Shown here piece by piece: positions 6,152-7,004 of a stretch of DNA of 7,004 bases. Under the pieces are notes generated by a model that had not been told where the DNA came from, ran no database searches, and saw nothing but the letters and a program-made list of their open reading frames with translations. This DNA comes from Octopus sinensis. Its lineage: Eukaryota. The stretch spans positions 1 through 7,004 of the forward strand of contig NW_021829090.1 in NCBI RefSeq assembly GCF_006345805.1, in the 5' to 3' direction. The position numbers were made by a program, and so were the translations under genes. Position 1 is the first letter of the stretch; every line of letters starts with the position of its first letter.

Positions 6152-7004
6152 TTAATCGAAATAAACACCATCAGAATCAACACATTTTTGCCAACGCGAA
6201 ACAAGTTTGTTTATGCCAGTGGCGTAAAAATCCTGCGTTCTGGTATCCATGAAGTTGTTGAAGGCGTGTTTGGCATCGTTTTGGTTTTTTAAGCATTTCG
6301 CACGCATGAAGTTCTCGAGATGCTTGAAAAAGTGGTAGTCGCTAGCCGAGAGGTCTGGTAAGTATGGCGGATGAGGATGAGTTTCGTAGCCCAATTCGTT
6401 CAACTTCTGCAGGGTCAGTTGTGCGACGTGCGGCCGAGAGTTGTCGTGGAGAAGAATTGGTCCAGTTCTATTGACCAATGCTGGTTCTTGTTGTTGTAGG
6501 AGTTCCTTATGAATTTCATCCATTTGCTGACAGTACTTCTCTGCCGTAATGGTTTCGCCTGGATCCAAAAAGCTGCGATGGATGAGACCGGCCGCAGACC
6601 ACCAAACAGTCACCATGACCTTCTTTTGGTGTAACTTTGACTTCGGGAAATGCCGTGGAGCTTTGTCGGCATCCAACCAGACCTGGGCGTTGCCGGTTGT
6701 CGTAAAGAATCCACTTTTCATCGCAAGTCACAATGCGGTGGAGAAACGGGTCGTTCTTGTTGGGTAAAAAGAAGAGAAGACGACACTTGAAAACGGCGTT
6801 TTTTGGGGTGGTTTTTGTCGTTCAATTTGTGCGGCACCCATTTCTCAAGTGTTTTTTTTTGTTTTTCCAATCTCTTTCAAGTGGTTGGTAATTGTCGTAC
6901 ACGTTACGTCTAATTCAGAAGCAAGCTATCGAACAGTTGTGCGTGGATTGGCTTCCACTAAGACTCTTAGTTGATCGTTGTCAACATCCGATGGCCGACC
7001 ATTA
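6152..7004 (-). pseudogene. Mariner transposase pseudogene (D,D34D)
   Basis: GRP plus the second HTH (NPRTTVR*LASELDV; in-frame stop at 6926-6928), WVPHKL (WVP at 6832-6840), TCDEKWILYDN, HDNSRPH and HPPYLPDLSASDY with 34 residues between the last two Asp. Several frameshifts, e.g. between YDNRQR and WLDAD. Confidence 0.95.

Larger units (their letters stand above)
6078..7004 (-). mobile_element. Tc1/mariner DNA transposon (mariner, Hsmar1/cecropia-like), continuing beyond the window
   Basis: TIR plus transposase remnant, with AATAAA overlapping the stop codon on the minus strand. Confidence 0.95.

Noticed and set aside
6152-6721. SETMAR/Metnase host gene call
   Set aside because: No SET domain, frameshifts and an upstream stop, and a TIR is present; this is a transposon copy.
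1-7004. CRISPR array, operon or spliced host exon
   Set aside because: No regularly spaced repeats, no prokaryotic gene density, and no exon with credible non-TE coding content.

Overview
AT-rich, repeat-dense eukaryotic non-coding DNA with no recognisable host gene. The SINE types and dense (TA)n arrays recall octopus/cephalopod genomes, but that is recognition, not a search result. The window holds: (1) a decayed Penelope-like retroelement (RT C-terminal half plus GIY-YIG endonuclease, + strand, ~3790-5438) that the ORF track misses because of frameshifts, stops and two SINE insertions; (2) four minimal type-I hammerhead-ribozyme-like motifs (1270-1304 +, 1579-1628 -, 3337-3372 -, 5921-5956 +), each with a non-canonical core (U4C, a compensatory G3-C8 swap, A6U twice) and each inside a short repeat whose 3' end abuts a (TA)n array; (3) two full-length tRNA-derived SINEs with target-site duplications plus two SINE-tail fragments; (4) a frameshifted D,D34D mariner transposon with its 3' TIR, running off the window end; (5) many (TA)n and (TG)n microsatellites. 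Most ORFs in the track are microsatellite or antisense artefacts. All alignments and folds were done by eye.
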